Assembly: GCF_001194135.2 (NCBI RefSeq)
Contig: NC_068981.1
Span: forward strand, 45,456,694-45,513,629
Direction of reading: 5' to 3'
DNA length: 56,936 bases
DNA from: Octopus bimaculoides
Taxonomy: Eukaryota
Made by a program: the position numbers and the translations under genes. Positions 1-15,361 of this stretch are shown here, piece by piece; positions within the stretch are counted from its first letter, which is position 1; the number at the start of each line of letters is the position of its first letter. The notes under the pieces are model-generated. The model was given only the letters and a program-made list of their open reading frames with translations, did not search any database and had not been told where the DNA came from.

Positions 1-462
1 ATATATATATATATATATATATAGATATATAGATATATATATATCTTTCGGCCGACCGAGGCGCAGACTGACACATAGATTGATACATACATACATACAT
101 ACATACATACATACACATATAGTGAGATATAAGCCTAGATATAGTTAAATATATTTATATAAAGGCAACGTTGAAATAGAATTAGGTGGATTAACGTTTG
201 ATATCTTAATGCAGATCACACAGTAAAATATATCCACTTTTATCTCAAACAAGTTGAACGAGAACGATGACCTGTGACATGATATAAACATCTGACAGCT
301 TTTAGCCAGTCAGGTTTGGCTGAGTAGAAATGACTACATTCTTTATCGATTTTCTTTTATATATATTTTTTTTTACTGTTTAACATTTTCTTTATCGATT
401 TACTTTTGAAGGGAAAGTCTCCTCCTGCCTATAGTTTCAAAATACATTTATTATCATTGCAA

Positions 463-613
<151 letters not shown>

Positions 614-1057
614 ATTTGCCGTTGCTTTAGAGGTTTACTGTTGCTTACAATAAGCGTATTTCCCTTTCGATACTATAGTTTCTCTATAGATTTCCATGAT
701 CTATATCCTGAATGATATATACAGTATTCCTTCAGCAATTGACTTTCAGAGGCTATTTCTTCACACTTAGTAGAGCACCAAACAGCATGAAATTTCTTTC
801 TTCCTTCTTTTTTTTCTGTACTGCTAAATGGGATTTGATATATTCATATCTGATATTAGACCAACCTGTTAAAAATAGATTTACATTAAACATATAAAAA
901 AGAGAATGTGAATTGCAGGAAGACTGAAGACGATCATATATTTATTTGTTATTTATTTATAGTATTCCAAAGTATCTGTAACATAACAATATCAGCTGCA
1001 TTGTATAACATCGGCATTCATTCTTTCATTCATTCATTACTTTACATGTTTCTTTAA

Positions 1058-1200
<143 letters not shown>

Positions 1201-1269
1201 CATATTTATAAATATATATTGTAGTAGTTGGATCAACAACAGTAAAATGAGCGGCGGCGGTGGTGTTAA

Positions 1270-1346
<77 letters not shown>

Positions 1347-1347
1347 T
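1270..1347. repeat. (TAG)n microsatellite
   Basis: Read directly; explains the poly-Ser and poly-Val ORFs. Confidence 0.97.
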
Positions 1348-2433
1348 TTAGCTATCACGAAATAATATATAAAGAATATACTCAAAGAATATACCGAATT
1401 AATGGTATATATGTACGTATACTAATTTCATTGATTATGTCTGACGCATGCGATCCGAAATAAATGCCACTGGCGTCTCGAAGGTAATACAATCGTGGTT
1501 ATTTCCATATGAAAATCAGTTGTTATGTTATCTATATTGAATATGTGATCACCTGGGTGGGAATGCACATACCGGGTGACTAAATTCAGTGATACTCTCC
1601 TGAGGTTTTATGTGTTTCCATCTTCACAAATTACGACTGCGAGAAATTTACAAGACATCTAACACATCGGCTTTGGAGTAGATAATTAGTTGATCCAGAG
1701 TTGTACAGGCAGGAATCATTGGAATTTTGTATACATTTCCATATAGAATTCCGACAAGTTTTAGAGAGGTTTTCATAGTCGTAATCCAGTATAATTTTTT
1801 TCATATTAATTGTAAATGCTAACATTAGAGACACAAACTATGAAAATATGTCCAATTATCTATATAGGTAGGATTGTAATTGCGATAGTTGGATATGGTA
1901 TATATATAGTATTAGTGTGTTAAGATATAGCTATTATATGTAAATATAATTATTGTTAAAAGGTGACTTAGGACATATAAATTCCTTTAAATCTAAACCA
2001 GCTATACTACATCGTTGACTGCACATATATATATATAACATTAAGCTAAGAAATATTAGTATCGAATTATCTTAGTCTATTATCGATGCAGTCGTTCCAT
2101 ATACTCATAAATCATTTATTATATGACCATGATAATTTACTTAATCGTCAATCTGAAGCATTATGTACGACATCGTTTTTATAAAACTTGTAAATTTTAT
2201 CAGAAATCGGAAACTAATATCTAGCAGTGTTATCTTAACATCATATGGATTATATTTAGTTTACAAAAATCCTCTATATTTCAATTAATGAAAATAAATA
2301 TTATAATGGTTCCCTATTAATATTTCTTAAACCAGACACCATGTATTCAACGTTCCAATTTGAGATCTTAAGCTGGTGATACCTAAAACATTTTGTCCTA
2401 AAAAGCTATACTTTATTAATTATCTATCTATCG

Positions 2434-2469
<36 letters not shown>

Positions 2470-4954
2470 CTCTATATATATATATATGTATATATGTTAA
2501 ACTGTCGTATGTCCGTAATCGAGCAAATGCGTGTCTTTTTTTCAATATTTATATTTGCTTGCAATAGCTACTTTTTTTGCATCAAACTATCATACATCCA
2601 GCTGATTCAGATGCCAAGATTTCAAAAATTATGACGGTGTAGCACAACAGCTTTACTATGCAATGATGAAAACACTTTTTCGGTCTTTGAAAAAAAGCAA
2701 AGTTTTGGATACGTCTGCAGAATAACAACGAAATATTCAGGAATATGTATTTGCATGCATATATGTTTATGCACTTGTATGTGCATTTAATCATGTATAA
2801 GTAGTATTTTACCTGTGTGTTTTGCTTCGATTATTATCTCGTATTGTTGATGCTTTGATTTCTATGCATGACATTTGTAGAAGACTCCTGCAAGGCGTGT
2901 TTTTGTTCCAGTCAAATATAGCGAAAAATCTGAGTAAATACCTTCTCCAAACTACGATCAAAGGAATAACCAGTTAGTTAATAAGATTGAAAGTTACGTT
3001 TACCTGCTGAAGAAATTATTAATGGTATGTTCAATGAATGACACCAGCGCCAATTATGTATGCTTTCAGCCAGTGTCTCTTTACGAATTTATTGTTAATT
3101 AATTTTTTAAGGCATACTACAAATTGAATTCTACATTTTGCATCAGAAACTGGCGTTGGTACAAATTATGGCGAAAGAATACGAGGAAATGGCATAAAAT
3201 ATGGAAAGACAAAAATAATCACAAGTCTTGAATGGCACTTGATAGTGCTTCCTCTTAATGTGGGATGTGCTGGGATTGTGGCTTCATTAAAATTGCCTCT
3301 TTAGCTGATATTGAAAACTCACAGCAGAATATTGATTTGCAACTAAGAATAAACGTAAGAGAAGAAAAACCTCAGAAGAAAATTCTCAGCTCGGGCATTA
3401 ACAAAAATTGATTGTTTGTTTGATTTGTGTGATTTTACCTGTACCTTTCTGGGTGTAGTAGTCCCTTCATTCATGGAAAAGGAATAACTATGTTACATAA
3501 AATGTGTACTGCTATGGACTGAACATCTCTTGATGGAATCAGTGTTGCTTGGCACTGCTTAACAAAAATCGAATACGCCAGTATCTTTACATTTCTAAGA
3601 GTACAGAAATATTGGCATCATCATACTCCCAAGAAAAGTAATCCAACAAAAAGATTTATTATCCTGTCAACTTTCTGAATGAATTCAAGTAAGAAATAAG
3701 CATGTGTATTTCTTTTAACAAATTCGCAAGATACTACTGGTAGAGACAAAGTGTCCAGTGTTTTGAATATTAAGTATAGAAACCAACATTTGAAAATAGA
3801 ACAGAACCATCTCAATAAATACTGAAGAGTGAACCGTAAAATGATTGCTCAGCATTTCATAACTATTTAACCCTTGGTTCAATAAAGAATTTTTTTGCTT
3901 TTATTCATTCATATATTTTTTTGTTTTATTTATTTTTTTTCATTAAATATTTTTCACACTCAAAATACCCATGATGTTATGGCCCAAACGACATCAAGCT
4001 TAATGACATTTTCAGTTGTTTATAAAGAAAGTTTATCAAAAAATATTTTTGAATGAAAGTTTTTTATTATCTATTATAAAATACCAAACAAATACTGACG
4101 GATTTTTGAACAAGACACAAGAGAAGCAAAAACAAATAAGTTTTTGTAATGGCAATTTATAGACGTTGTTACACCAATATATGTTGTTATATGGTTATCC
4201 TACTGATATCAGTAGGATTACAACAGATATTTGATTGTCACGTATGCACAGCTTTGTGCATGTGTCCGTATAGTTTAAATCTTATTTCTAAACTACCAAA
4301 CATAAATCAATTTAATATTTTTAATATAAAATTTTAACCATTTCAAGGAATGCTGGAAGTCGGAGTAAATGTAATAGCCGCAATAAGTTCAGTGTGAAAG
4401 CTTTGTTATATATAAATCAATTAAATGTGAACTAATAACTTCACGCCCAAAGTATATTTTATACGAAATCTTGAATATCCTCGTATCAAAGCACGAAGTA
4501 GCTTATGCTGTGACACGTATAGTGCACTAATTAAAGTGAATGAAATGATTTGTAGCGACTTTGTGTAATATTAAGATAGGTCACGTGATAGTACACAGAG
4601 GAGTAGTGTAATGGCTCGAAGTTGATTTGTACACAATGTTTCTCTATTGGATGATTTCTGCTAGTGAATGTCTATTTTTTAAAATACAATTCTTATATAT
4701 ATATTTACATACTACCACCTCATGATCACGTTCGTTCAACGCAGTTGTATTTTCAGAGCTTCAGAACAAAATGTTGTCTAACTAGACAAAATTTAATAAA
4801 ATCAAGATTTTATATACTTCCTACAATAATGTAAAGAAGGTCTGAAAATCGGTGAAAGGCTTCTTGCATATAGATCGCCAATGTTTCGCTGCTAAAGAGC
4901 GCTTGAACAACTGTAGTTGTAAGTCTATTCAGAGCGACTATTATAACGCATTTC

Positions 4955-5170
4955 AAAGGCAGTAGCTTGGAGGGACCTGCACGCTCTGGGCAATTGTTAA
5001 GTGGCATTTCGTATCCCCTTACATTATAAATGTATATCCGCCGAGATCGAATTTGCCTTTCATCCTTTCGTGGTGGCTTCATGAAATAAGTACCAGTTGA
5101 GCAAAGGGGTCGATGTAACTGATTCGTCCCTTCCCCAACATTGCTGGCCTTGAGCAAAAATCTGACAAAA
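4955..5170 (+). mobile_element. tRNA-derived SINE, family A (octopus-type)
   Basis: Contains ccgagatcgaatttgcctttcatcctttcg...aaataagtaccagttgagc..ggggtcgatgtaa..ttgctggccttg. Homologous copies occur at 13930, 17353, 17548, 18715, 51087, 54765 and 54990. Family identity is recalled from octopus SINEs. Confidence 0.85.
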
Positions 5171-5319
5171 AACAATCCATCTCTGAAATTGTGTGAGGAA
5201 GTATATATTAAGCAGGATATCATGGAATAGCACAATAAGTAAATTTAGTATAACATAACACAATAAATTGATTTTCGGAATAAATATACAGTGTATGTAT
5301 ATTTTTTTTCTATCTATTA

Positions 5320-5728
5320 CTACTTTCAATTATGTGACTACAGCCATACTGATTCATTGCCTTCAAAAATTTTAGTCGAGCAAATCAGCCTAGTAATTAT
5401 ATAATTCATTAAAGTATGGCACTTATACTACCGGACGTTTGGCCACACAACCAAGTTAGGAGGACGAAAAGAAACCAACACACAATGTTAAGCAGTAGTG
5501 AGAGACAAGCACAGACACAAATACACACAAGCGCGTGTATATATATACACGCCCTCACAGACATCTATACGGCGGACTTCTTTCAGTTTCCGTGTAACCT
5601 ATCCACTCACAAGATTTTTGTCGGCATGAGGCTACAGTAAAAACAATCACCCGAGCAGTCACGCGGTGGGATTGAACCGGAAACCATGTTGACAAAGCAA
5701 CCTTTTTACCACATAGCTATTCCTGCAT
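5320..5728 (-). mobile_element. tRNA-derived SINE, family B (with internal CA/TA microsatellite), diverged
   Basis: cttctttcagtttcc..atccactcacaag..gtcggc..ggattgaaccggaaaccatg..ttaccacatagc matches the copies at 21235 (+) and 53365 (-); the tRNA-like head is at the 5728 end. Confidence 0.85.
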
Positions 5729-6661
5729 TTCGTTTTCATTTTTATTTTATTCCCATGATAGGGTTGAGCAAAATGAATGGCTTTGCCGAAAAAAAACTAT
5801 TGAGAAGTGTCAACACCAAGAGCAAAACGGGAATTTCAATATATCCGGTTTTACATATGCGCTACAAAAAAATTATGTGTGTGAGTGACTGTATGTATAT
5901 CAATACACATTCTTGTACACAAACATATACAGGGTAGCACTCATACGCGCATACTGATACTATTGTTATTATTATCAGTTTAGTGTGTATCTAATATTTG
6001 GTTACATAACACTAAACCTAATTTATTGGGCGATATCCTGAATTCCTACTTAAAGACATGTTCCTAACGTAAGTGATGAAATAATCATGGATGTCTGTGT
6101 GCATTTCTATGCGTGAGTTACTATGTGTGCGATTCTACTGACGTATGTGCATATTTATGTACGTTTGCAAGAAACGGTTAACTTGTCAATAGCAAATGTA
6201 CTTAATATTATGAAACTCACTTTTCTCCCTGAGTTATTTCCACGCTAGTCTTTTCAGTTCTTAATGATTCTGACAGTAATGTAGGTCTAGTGTCATTGCT
6301 GAAGAGATTATTGATTGGATTAATGTTACATCTTTCAGACATGTTTTCTCTTCACCCAGATGCTGCTAATGCCATGTTTCGCTGTTTTGTATTTGTAACT
6401 TGTAATGTTTGTGTATTTTATTATTGTTTCCAACGGAAGATCAAAAGTAGCGAAATAACATTGCCTGTTACTCACTCGCTCTTGTTCTTTCTGTCTTCAT
6501 CCACTACATCTGTATACATATGTATGTGTGTGTTTGTTTGTGTGCGTGCGCGTATATTTATATATATACCTATATACATACATATATACATATGTGTGCG
6601 GGAATTTATATACACATATTGTATAAATAGTTGAGTATCTTATGTATATATATATATATAT

Positions 6662-7037
6662 NNNNNNNNNNNNNNNNNNNNNNNNNNNNNNNNNNNNNNN
6701 NNNNNNNNNNNNNNNNNNNNNNNNNNNNNNNNNNNNNNNNNNNNNNNNNNNNNNNNNNNNNNNNNNNNNNNNNNNNNNNNNNNNNNNNNNNNNNNNNNNN
6801 NNNNNNNNNNNNNNNNNNNNNNNNNNNNNNNNNNNNNNNNNNNNNNNNNNNNNNNNNNNNNNNNNNNNNNNNNNNNNNNNNNNNNNNNNNNNNNNNNNNN
6901 NNNNNNNNNNNNNNNNNNNNNNNNNNNNNNNNNNNNNNNNNNNNNNNNNNNNNNNNNNNNNNNNNNNNNNNNNNNNNNNNNNNNNNNNNNNNNNNNNNNN
7001 NNNNNNNNNNNNNNNNNNNNNNNNNNNNNNNNNNNNN
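6662..7037. other. Assembly gap flanked by (AT)n. Other gaps: 11588-11696, 17875-18570, 19930-20197, 21418-22281, 23255-23386, 25806-25815, 27993-28359, 32645-32934, 41138-41147, 41665-42441, 43343-43580, 48989-49718, 53534-53678
   Basis: Runs of N. Long ORFs spanning them are artefacts. Confidence 0.98.
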
Positions 7038-10000
7038 ATATATATATATATATATATATAGGTGTGTGTTTGTGTGTGTGTGTGTGTGCGTGTGTTTGTG
7101 TGTGTGTAAGCACAGATTGACATGCACACATATGCATGTGTATATACATATGTGTGTATGTGCATATACATGTGTTTGCAATTTTTACGTATATAAACAT
7201 ATAAGTACCAATATATTTTTGGTCAAGAAATCAGGAATCAAAAATTCATTATTTCAAGTCAGCTACATGTTGTATTCTAGGAAGAATATTATCTCCACTG
7301 GAGGCACGCTTTACGTTTATTCCATAATAATTGAACCACAAATATTTTCACCCTGACGCTTAGAACGTGGTACTGGCTCCAAAATGTACCTTACACTTAC
7401 ATAAATATTTCTGAGAGATGGCTTTTAAACTGCTGGTTGCTTTTAATTATTCATGTACAATACATTTACTTTCTCATGCAAAGTGAGACTCAGGTGTATT
7501 GCAGTGTTTAGCCATGAGAAATTCAATTGTTCATTTGCTGTGTAGAAGATTGTTAAATATGCATTCACATGTAAATATACGAGTTGTTTCAAATATTCCT
7601 AATTTATTACTATCCCCACTTGATTAAATGCACTTACTTAGCTGCCTATCCGCAAGGTATGTTGTTGCAAGGAGACAATATTTAATTCTAGCCATATTCA
7701 GTGAGACGTTGTACTTCCATATTTATGTTATTTCTACATGACTTGATAGCACATTACGCAGTTTTCCTCAACAGTCACAATTCTTTTGCATTTGAACGGA
7801 GTGCTAACGACTCTGCTAGATTGCCACCTTTATTTTGTATCGAAATAATATTGGTTACGATGTTATGATGTTATTGTAGGCACGATGCCGTAACATTTCG
7901 TTATATTTCTATTACTGTTTCAATATATTCCGAATATTTTATTAATACTTATTGTACTTTATTCTTACGAGCGTTTATCTTAAGATCGACCAGTCAGGTC
8001 ATTAAAGAAATTCCTTGTTTATCTTTTAATAATATCTATGTAGTTCCGTATATTTCAAAACAATCATTTTTTTTTATAATACTTTACATACTATTTCGGT
8101 TTTTGACTGTTTTTTTCTCGGTTTCCTTTTACGTTTAGAAGAATATAACAGATATAACAGAGAATATTGATTTAAATTTGAAGGAAATAATTCATTTCGA
8201 AAAATATTCTATTCGAAACATTTGCATTAAGCGTAATATTTCCATAATTTGTCGATTTTGAGAACCATTAAAACGATGCACTGGTCAGTCTTCATTCTAT
8301 GCATTTTCCTGCTTTAAGAAAACATGGAAGATAATCCATCGATATATTTTGTGGTGATAAAAATACCCATCTATCGGATCGTCATATTGCGGATAGGGGC
8401 GTAGCCTGTAGATATAAGTTTATCTGAGAATACACAATAATTTGTCCAAGAAAAACACGATCATAGTGAAATCCTAAAAGAGTAGATATGACACTCTATT
8501 TGCAAAGCAAGATAGTAGAAGGGAATAATATTCAAAGCAGAGAAAATACTTTGTCTTTGGATTTCTTCCGACTTCACAGAACATATTACAGATTTATGTA
8601 CCTTGGGAAACACATTATTTTGACAACGACTGCAATCATTTATAAAACCTGCGACAATAGATGAGAAATTAGCAATTGACAGACAATATATATTGATGGA
8701 GAAGCAATATTACTAAAGCAAATGCCATTTATATATAAATATAGTAAAAGGTGACACTAACTTCACTCGAGTATCATTCAATTCTTCGAGTAACTAAATA
8801 TCCTTTCAGTGAATCAGCACGTAAGTGGTTGAGTATTGTATATTTCGGTATAAACTTCACTTAATTCTCCATAAATGTAACTCCAAACAATGTGAAACGG
8901 TTGGACGTCTGAATTTCAAGTGCAATACATTCACAGGACATTTGCTGTCTCTGTCTAGTGACTTCATTCAAAACGTTCTGTACGACAGAAGATCTGCTTA
9001 GAACAAACGACAAAATTAAATAATCCGAGAAACCTTGATTGCGAATCAACTTTCTAAGAAATTCAGCTCAACACACATACATACATTCATACATTAACAG
9101 ATAATACATACATTATCTGTTACAATACAGACATTAACAGATTCACACATTCATTAACAGATTCAGGCATATGCATACAAATCAAAACCATTCATAGTAA
9201 TTATATGTATTCAAGCAATTGTTTGAGTGTGCGTGTAATGTTTATATGCGACAAAATGACTGAGGTAAAAGTATCATTAAAACTACGGTTAATAGCAATG
9301 AATTTATTCGTATGAAAAGATTCGTATATTGAAATCATGCAACAATTAAAATAGATCATTCATCCTACGAAACGGTATTGAACACTCATTTTTAACTGGT
9401 TACCTACGTGTTTTCTGTACCTGTTTGTGTGCGTATTGTTCCTTTTAGAATACGGAACGTAACAAAATAAAACTAAAATTATCCTTAAAACTCATTGAGT
9501 ATCAAAATAAAACAACACAGCTTGTTATAATGTGTGCTTGTAATTTTAAAAAGTAATCAATATTAGTGATTTGTAATTGCTATGTTGCTGAAAATTAACT
9601 TTAATCAAGATCAAAGGAGAAATATTACTTAACACACATTCAGTATAATGGTATCGTATATCCCACTGTCACGTTTTTGATAACTTTATCAGCACAAACA
9701 TTGACCGGCTTCCATTGCTTACGTGGAACGAAAGTTTTCATTCCTTTTTATCCTAATGTCTTCATTTTCATTGAAAACAATACATGGAATATTTCGAGAT
9801 TACTTATAAAGAGCAAATACAAATATGCCGTTGTTACTATGTATAGTATTATGTGACTGAGTCTTTTGCATAAGTAATACACTTTGACTGAAATTTAATA
9901 AATGCAACAAAATATGTACTTGTAAGTTCACAGTTACGTATTTTCACAAGTGTATTACCATAAAAACGCCTATATCATTGTACATACATGCATTCTTATA

Positions 10001-11297
10001 AAGACTTTCACATATGTGTATGTATGTGTGTATTGATTTGTATATGTATATGTGCGTATATTTACGTGTGCTTCGACTGAGGGTTTGTGCATGCTCGTAA
10101 ATCTTTCGGTGAAATTGATGTTGTTAATCTACTTTTGTTCAGGTTTGGCACGAATATCTATTAGGTATTTTTCGTCGTATGATTCCCAATTGACTTTTAT
10201 CTGTTTGATCTATAGGCTTTTGTAAGACTACGCTATCACATGTGCGGCTAGTTTTCCTTCAAGCCAGCAATATCATTAGCATGGATGTGCACATGTACAC
10301 AACTGTTTTTCGAACGTACAATAATCTCACGTCTTTTTTCCAATGCACACTAACGACACTGTCCTCTTACACTCTGTACTTCTTGAAATGCTATGATACA
10401 TCAGCGTCCTAGTGACTTTCTAGAGGACGTATGATAGATAAGCTGATATCCCAACATGAGTCACAAATGTTCGTGCGCTCCACATATTAGAACACACTGC
10501 ACATACAAAAATCTTCACACCAAATTTTATCTGGCAAGAGATGCATACAACCATATTTACACAGAGGCTCACACGTATACACGCATATATACGCATACAC
10601 AAACATGTGTGTATATATATGCTCCTCACTAAGACGTTCTTTTTGGGTGTGCACGCGTGTGTGTTTGTGTGTATGTGTGAGTGTGTTTCTGTATGTATAT
10701 GTGTATTGTGTGTGACAGTATTTTTACTTTACTTCTTTCAACAAAAAAGGCAATGGTTAGAGTGAAACACCGCCGATGCTGTGACTATTTGTTTCGTCAT
10801 TTCCACAGCCCTCATCACGAATGAGGGGTTGAACAACTTGGCCTTCATTTGCTTTTCTAGACGTGGTTTCAGTTTCTTTTATCTCATAAAAGCTTGTCTG
10901 TTTGCAGAGTGCCTCTCTATATACACCTCAATTCTTTGTATTTAACTTTCTTCAGAATCGTAAACAAAACATGAAGCTGTAAGAGTACTGAGAATGCAAT
11001 CCTTACTCTAGTCTAACCATCTTTTATCTACAAACCACTTTGATTACTATTCTATTCTAGAGGATCCTCGTAGTTACTCAATGTTTAAAAACTAATATTA
11101 TACATACTTCTTCAAAACTTTCTATTGAGTTTCATCACCAATTCACTAAAGTATATCTGCAACAACACTTTCTGATAAAACTTGTTTCATTGGCAGGCAA
11201 CCTGATGGATTATATAAAACGTTAGAGAAAGAAACCTAGGTTGCAATTTTGATAAATACATCCAAAGTTTCATTTTATATGGTCCCTTATTACACCA

Positions 11298-11385
11298 CTG
11301 TGGTTCCCCAATTTAATATTTTACATATGTGAACCCACCCCCGCTACTAGAAAAGGGGTCATAGGCATCCGGTTGAGAACCACTG
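11298..11385. mobile_element. Possible short hAT (Charlie-like) MITE remnant
   Basis: Right end ggttgagaaccactg resembles the hAT/Charlie terminus CAGTGGTTCTCAACC, and the left end ctgtggttcccca is a degenerate match. No 8-bp TSD is visible. Confidence 0.35.
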
Positions 11386-13929
11386 TTGTAGACGGAGCTG
11401 GTAAATGTTTGGTACTATGCAGTGACAGCCAATTCAGAAATTATTATTTTCAAACACAAAATAGGGTAAGAATTTCATATAAATATGTGTGCATGAATGA
11501 GTGTGTGTATGTATGTAAATACATACAAACACACATACACACACACACACACACACAAACACAAATATATATATATATATATATATANNNNNNNNNNNNN
11601 NNNNNNNNNNNNNNNNNNNNNNNNNNNNNNNNNNNNNNNNNNNNNNNNNNNNNNNNNNNNNNNNNNNNNNNNNNNNNNNNNNNNNNNNNNNNNNNNATAT
11701 ATATGTTGATATAAGGACGACTTTGATAAGACAAAAAATGAAGACAATGTAAGGATATTCGTTAATGATAGTAGTAGGTTAGAAGGCTGAACAGAAGTAG
11801 AGTTACTAGCTATGAATCTACTGCGGTGGTGGAGGTGGTGATGGTGGCAGATGAAATAGGTAACGAAAACAGAAGCATACATTGAAAGCAGGTCAAGCGG
11901 CAGTGGTGGTACTGAGACAGACCGAAACAATTGTGACGTGAGATTTCATCATTCTAAGGCAAGATACCTCGATGACCTTCTATGGGTGAGTAAGATTTCA
12001 AAAATAATACTAAAGAATAAACGGCTAGGAAATAAAAGATAAATGCTAAATAGTCAGTTACTTATGTACAGGGGTATAAATTAAAAGATTCTATAATGAT
12101 AATCTGGAAAGACAGTAAGATAACTACCCATTTGAGAGAGGGAGAGGTGATTTACAATGCTATGATATGAGGAATTTGACAGAGTCCAAGTATATGTCTG
12201 TCGGCTGCCTCCAATAATTTCAAGAAATGTAAACACAGTAAGAATGGGATTAACCATCCATACTACGATTCACTGAGTGAACCTGTGTACCTTTATATAA
12301 ATATGTGTATGTGTGTATACGTGTGTGTTTGTGTGTATGCGTGCGTGTGTGTGTGTCTATATTACGTTAACAGAAATCTTGAATTCATTTTATGTTTTGT
12401 TGGTATTTTGTTGCTAGTTGATAAATCTGTTCACTACAATGTACTCGTATGACCACTGTAATTCTTATATTTTCTTTTTATTATTGAACAATAAGTATGT
12501 ACTCACTGAGATTATTTATTTAAGAACACATTTCAAAGACACACATATTAACCTGATATATTCACGCCCCCTCCTCCTCCTCCTCCTCCGAAATTATTAT
12601 TGGTAAAAAGTGCAGCTCTTGAGAATTATGAATTTGTGTAGCAATCTCACAACCATTTAGATACTACTCTTTGTGTGTGTTCAACTAATATATGTAGCAC
12701 GTGACAATTCCTCAATCAACACTGTTTAAAACTAGGCTTCCTCTGAAACCACCAGAAGATTCATCGTTTAAACAGTTGTTAGCTGATATCGGGATTCTAA
12801 GCAGTACAGTAATTAATATAGATTGCGATTGCAACTCTATTTGATAGATACGTTAGAGCAAAACAAGAAGCGAGTATTCAAATATAACACACATAAAGAA
12901 CTGTATAGCATATAAGACAACCATCTACTATTCTTAATTCCAGCTAAAAGCGATTTGTTAGTTCCATTAAAATTATTAAGTAGCGATTATATAATTAACT
13001 ATGACAGGTTCTGATTTACGTAAACACATCTGCAATTTCTGGTAAAGTTATTTGAATGTATGTTCATTAATTTACTATACAAATAGATGAAATAGCATCG
13101 ATCTTGCATGTATTTGATTTAAGAATTTATGTAATTAATTATAAACATACATCGGAGCTAAATAGAAAATCTTGCCGACAATGCTTCCAAAAGGATTATT
13201 TACACTGCAGATTAAGAGACAGCACAGTAAATGCACTGAAAATATCGAGTCACGAATTCTGCCCTTTCTCAGAGAACCAATCTTGCCAGCTGATAGTCTT
13301 CTATATTGGGGAAATGCGTCTATACATCGAGATTTGAGTGAACTGTTGTTGAAGAGAAGCAATCAATAAAGATTAGCATTAAATGAGTTTTCAGTACAGA
13401 TTATTGTCACTGTCATTGGAAAATACAAAATCGTTTATTAATGCAAGTAAATACATTTAATATATTTGATATTTGAAAATTAAGTTGGCAACTTCAATAT
13501 CAAAATCCAAAAGTTAAGAATTGAAAATTTCACACGGCTTTAAATACTTACGGTAAGCGCTTAGTGATTCTAAAATACAATTTTGTTTGTAAACCAGAAA
13601 ACATCATAAATTAAATGGTTTTGTTGAGCAAATTGTAATCTTATTTGGCAAACACGGATAGGCGTATTAAAATTCCAAACGAGATTAATTCTTAGAAATG
13701 TTACCTGTATTAATTTTACATGTAATATGACAATAAGTCGGGAAATGTATTTTTTAATAAAATATGTGATATTATGACATTGTTTAATCATCACAAATTT
13801 TTTACAGCAGAAAAAATTCGTTTTCCAAATCCAATATAACACTAAATAAAAATCCAAATGAATGATCTAATAATGTAATATATTTATTGATGATATTGTT
13901 TTTATTACGCGAGAATAAGGAGGGGGAAA

Positions 13930-14110
13930 AGGGGTGAATCGTGAGCACACCGAGAAAAATGCTTGGCGGCATTTCTTTCGTCTTGTGTTCAAATTCCATG
14001 GAGTTTAGTTAATCATATTTCGGGGTCGATAAATTAAATACCAGATGAGCTCTGAAGTTGATTTAATCGATCTACCTCCACGCTTGTAATTGCTAGCCTT
14101 ATAACAAAAT
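13930..14110 (+). mobile_element. SINE family A copy
   Basis: aaaatgcttggcggcatttc..gtgttcaaattcc..atttcggggtcgataaattaaataccag..gttgatttaatcgat. Confidence 0.8.
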
Positions 14111-15361
14111 GTTAAGCTGTTATTAGCTGACAATGGTTTTCGAATATATTTTTGGAAGACAAAATAATAAAGTATGAACTGGACGTCCACCTAATCTCAC
14201 TTTTGTGATAGTTCAAAACTATACATTATAATGGTCATGTTTCATGTAAGATCCCGAGGTTTCCTGAAAATGTCTCAGTAGTTTATGCATTAATCATTTC
14301 CCTTCTATACCAAAAATCATCAACACTCTACGTTGGTCGATGAATGAATTGTCTTCTGTAAAGTACTTCATGTTTGTTAACATATAGAAAATATTTCAAA
14401 CAAACTTGATATTGAATATACGCAAATGTCACGTTTATGATGTCTCAATTAAGAGTTGAAAAACGACTTGTCCAATATGTAGATTTGTAAAATATTTTGA
14501 GTTAGCTATTCAATATAGCAACACTTTCATATTTCGGTCCCAAATTAACATTGGCATTTTTCTATACACACTGATACAGATTAAATGAAATTGATCCAGT
14601 GTATATTTATTTACTGATATATCTAATTACCCTGCAGCTAATAAAGATGTGAAAATTTCAAAATCATTACGAGTCTCATGAACAGGATCCAGTGTCGGCT
14701 GAAATAATAATGTTAAAGTGGTTATGAAGCAATTGCTTCATTTTTCTAAGTTATTCTACATGAATTATTGAGATATTCCACTTATACAAATACATGCATA
14801 GATAGCTACATATATACATACATACTGAAAGACACTCACACATACATATATATGTATATATATATGTGTGTGTGTGTGTATGTGTGTGTGTGTGTGTATG
14901 TGTGTGTGTGTGCGTGTGAGTCTTTGTGCGCGTGTTTGCCGGATGTATGTAGTGAGTGTGTATTTGTCTGTGTGTGTGTAATAGAAATGCATACACGAAT
15001 CGACCAAAACGTAAACAGCAGTATCCGCGTACACTCCTAACATGAAATAAAGACTGTTCTCTTTATATAATACTAATACAACTACCACGTAGTCTAATCG
15101 CTAGGCTCTTAATACGTCTTTGTAATCTTGGTAGGATTTGTTTCCATCTATATTAATCGTGCGTTCATTTACTTTAAATGAATCGCAGTTACCTCCAAAT
15201 GAGAGAATGTGTATTCTTATTTAGATCTGGTATTTCGATAACTTGTATGAAAGTATATCTATATGCATGTGTGGGTGTATAGATATATTTTATTTTCAAT
15301 TTTTTTTATGTGCCCACTTAAAGCCTAGGCAGGCTCATTGGCCCGGTTTCCCCGTTTCTAT

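Noticed and set aside
1631-1834. Cys-containing minus-strand ORF and an overlapping open frame (YWITTMKTSLKLVGILYG...)
   Set aside because: No recognisable domain and no convincing splice sites.
4955-5728. Opposite-orientation SINEs 150 bp apart as a dsRNA source
   Set aside because: They belong to different families and share only a short, diverged motif, so extended pairing is unlikely.
6331-6400. Strong-looking plus-strand splice acceptor (ttttctcttcacccag)
   Set aside because: No good donor or recognisable peptide follows; pyrimidine tracts are common in this composition.
7981-8293. Possible MITE bounded by aagatcgaccagt / actggtcagtctt
   Set aside because: The match is short and imperfect, with no TSD and no second copy in the window.
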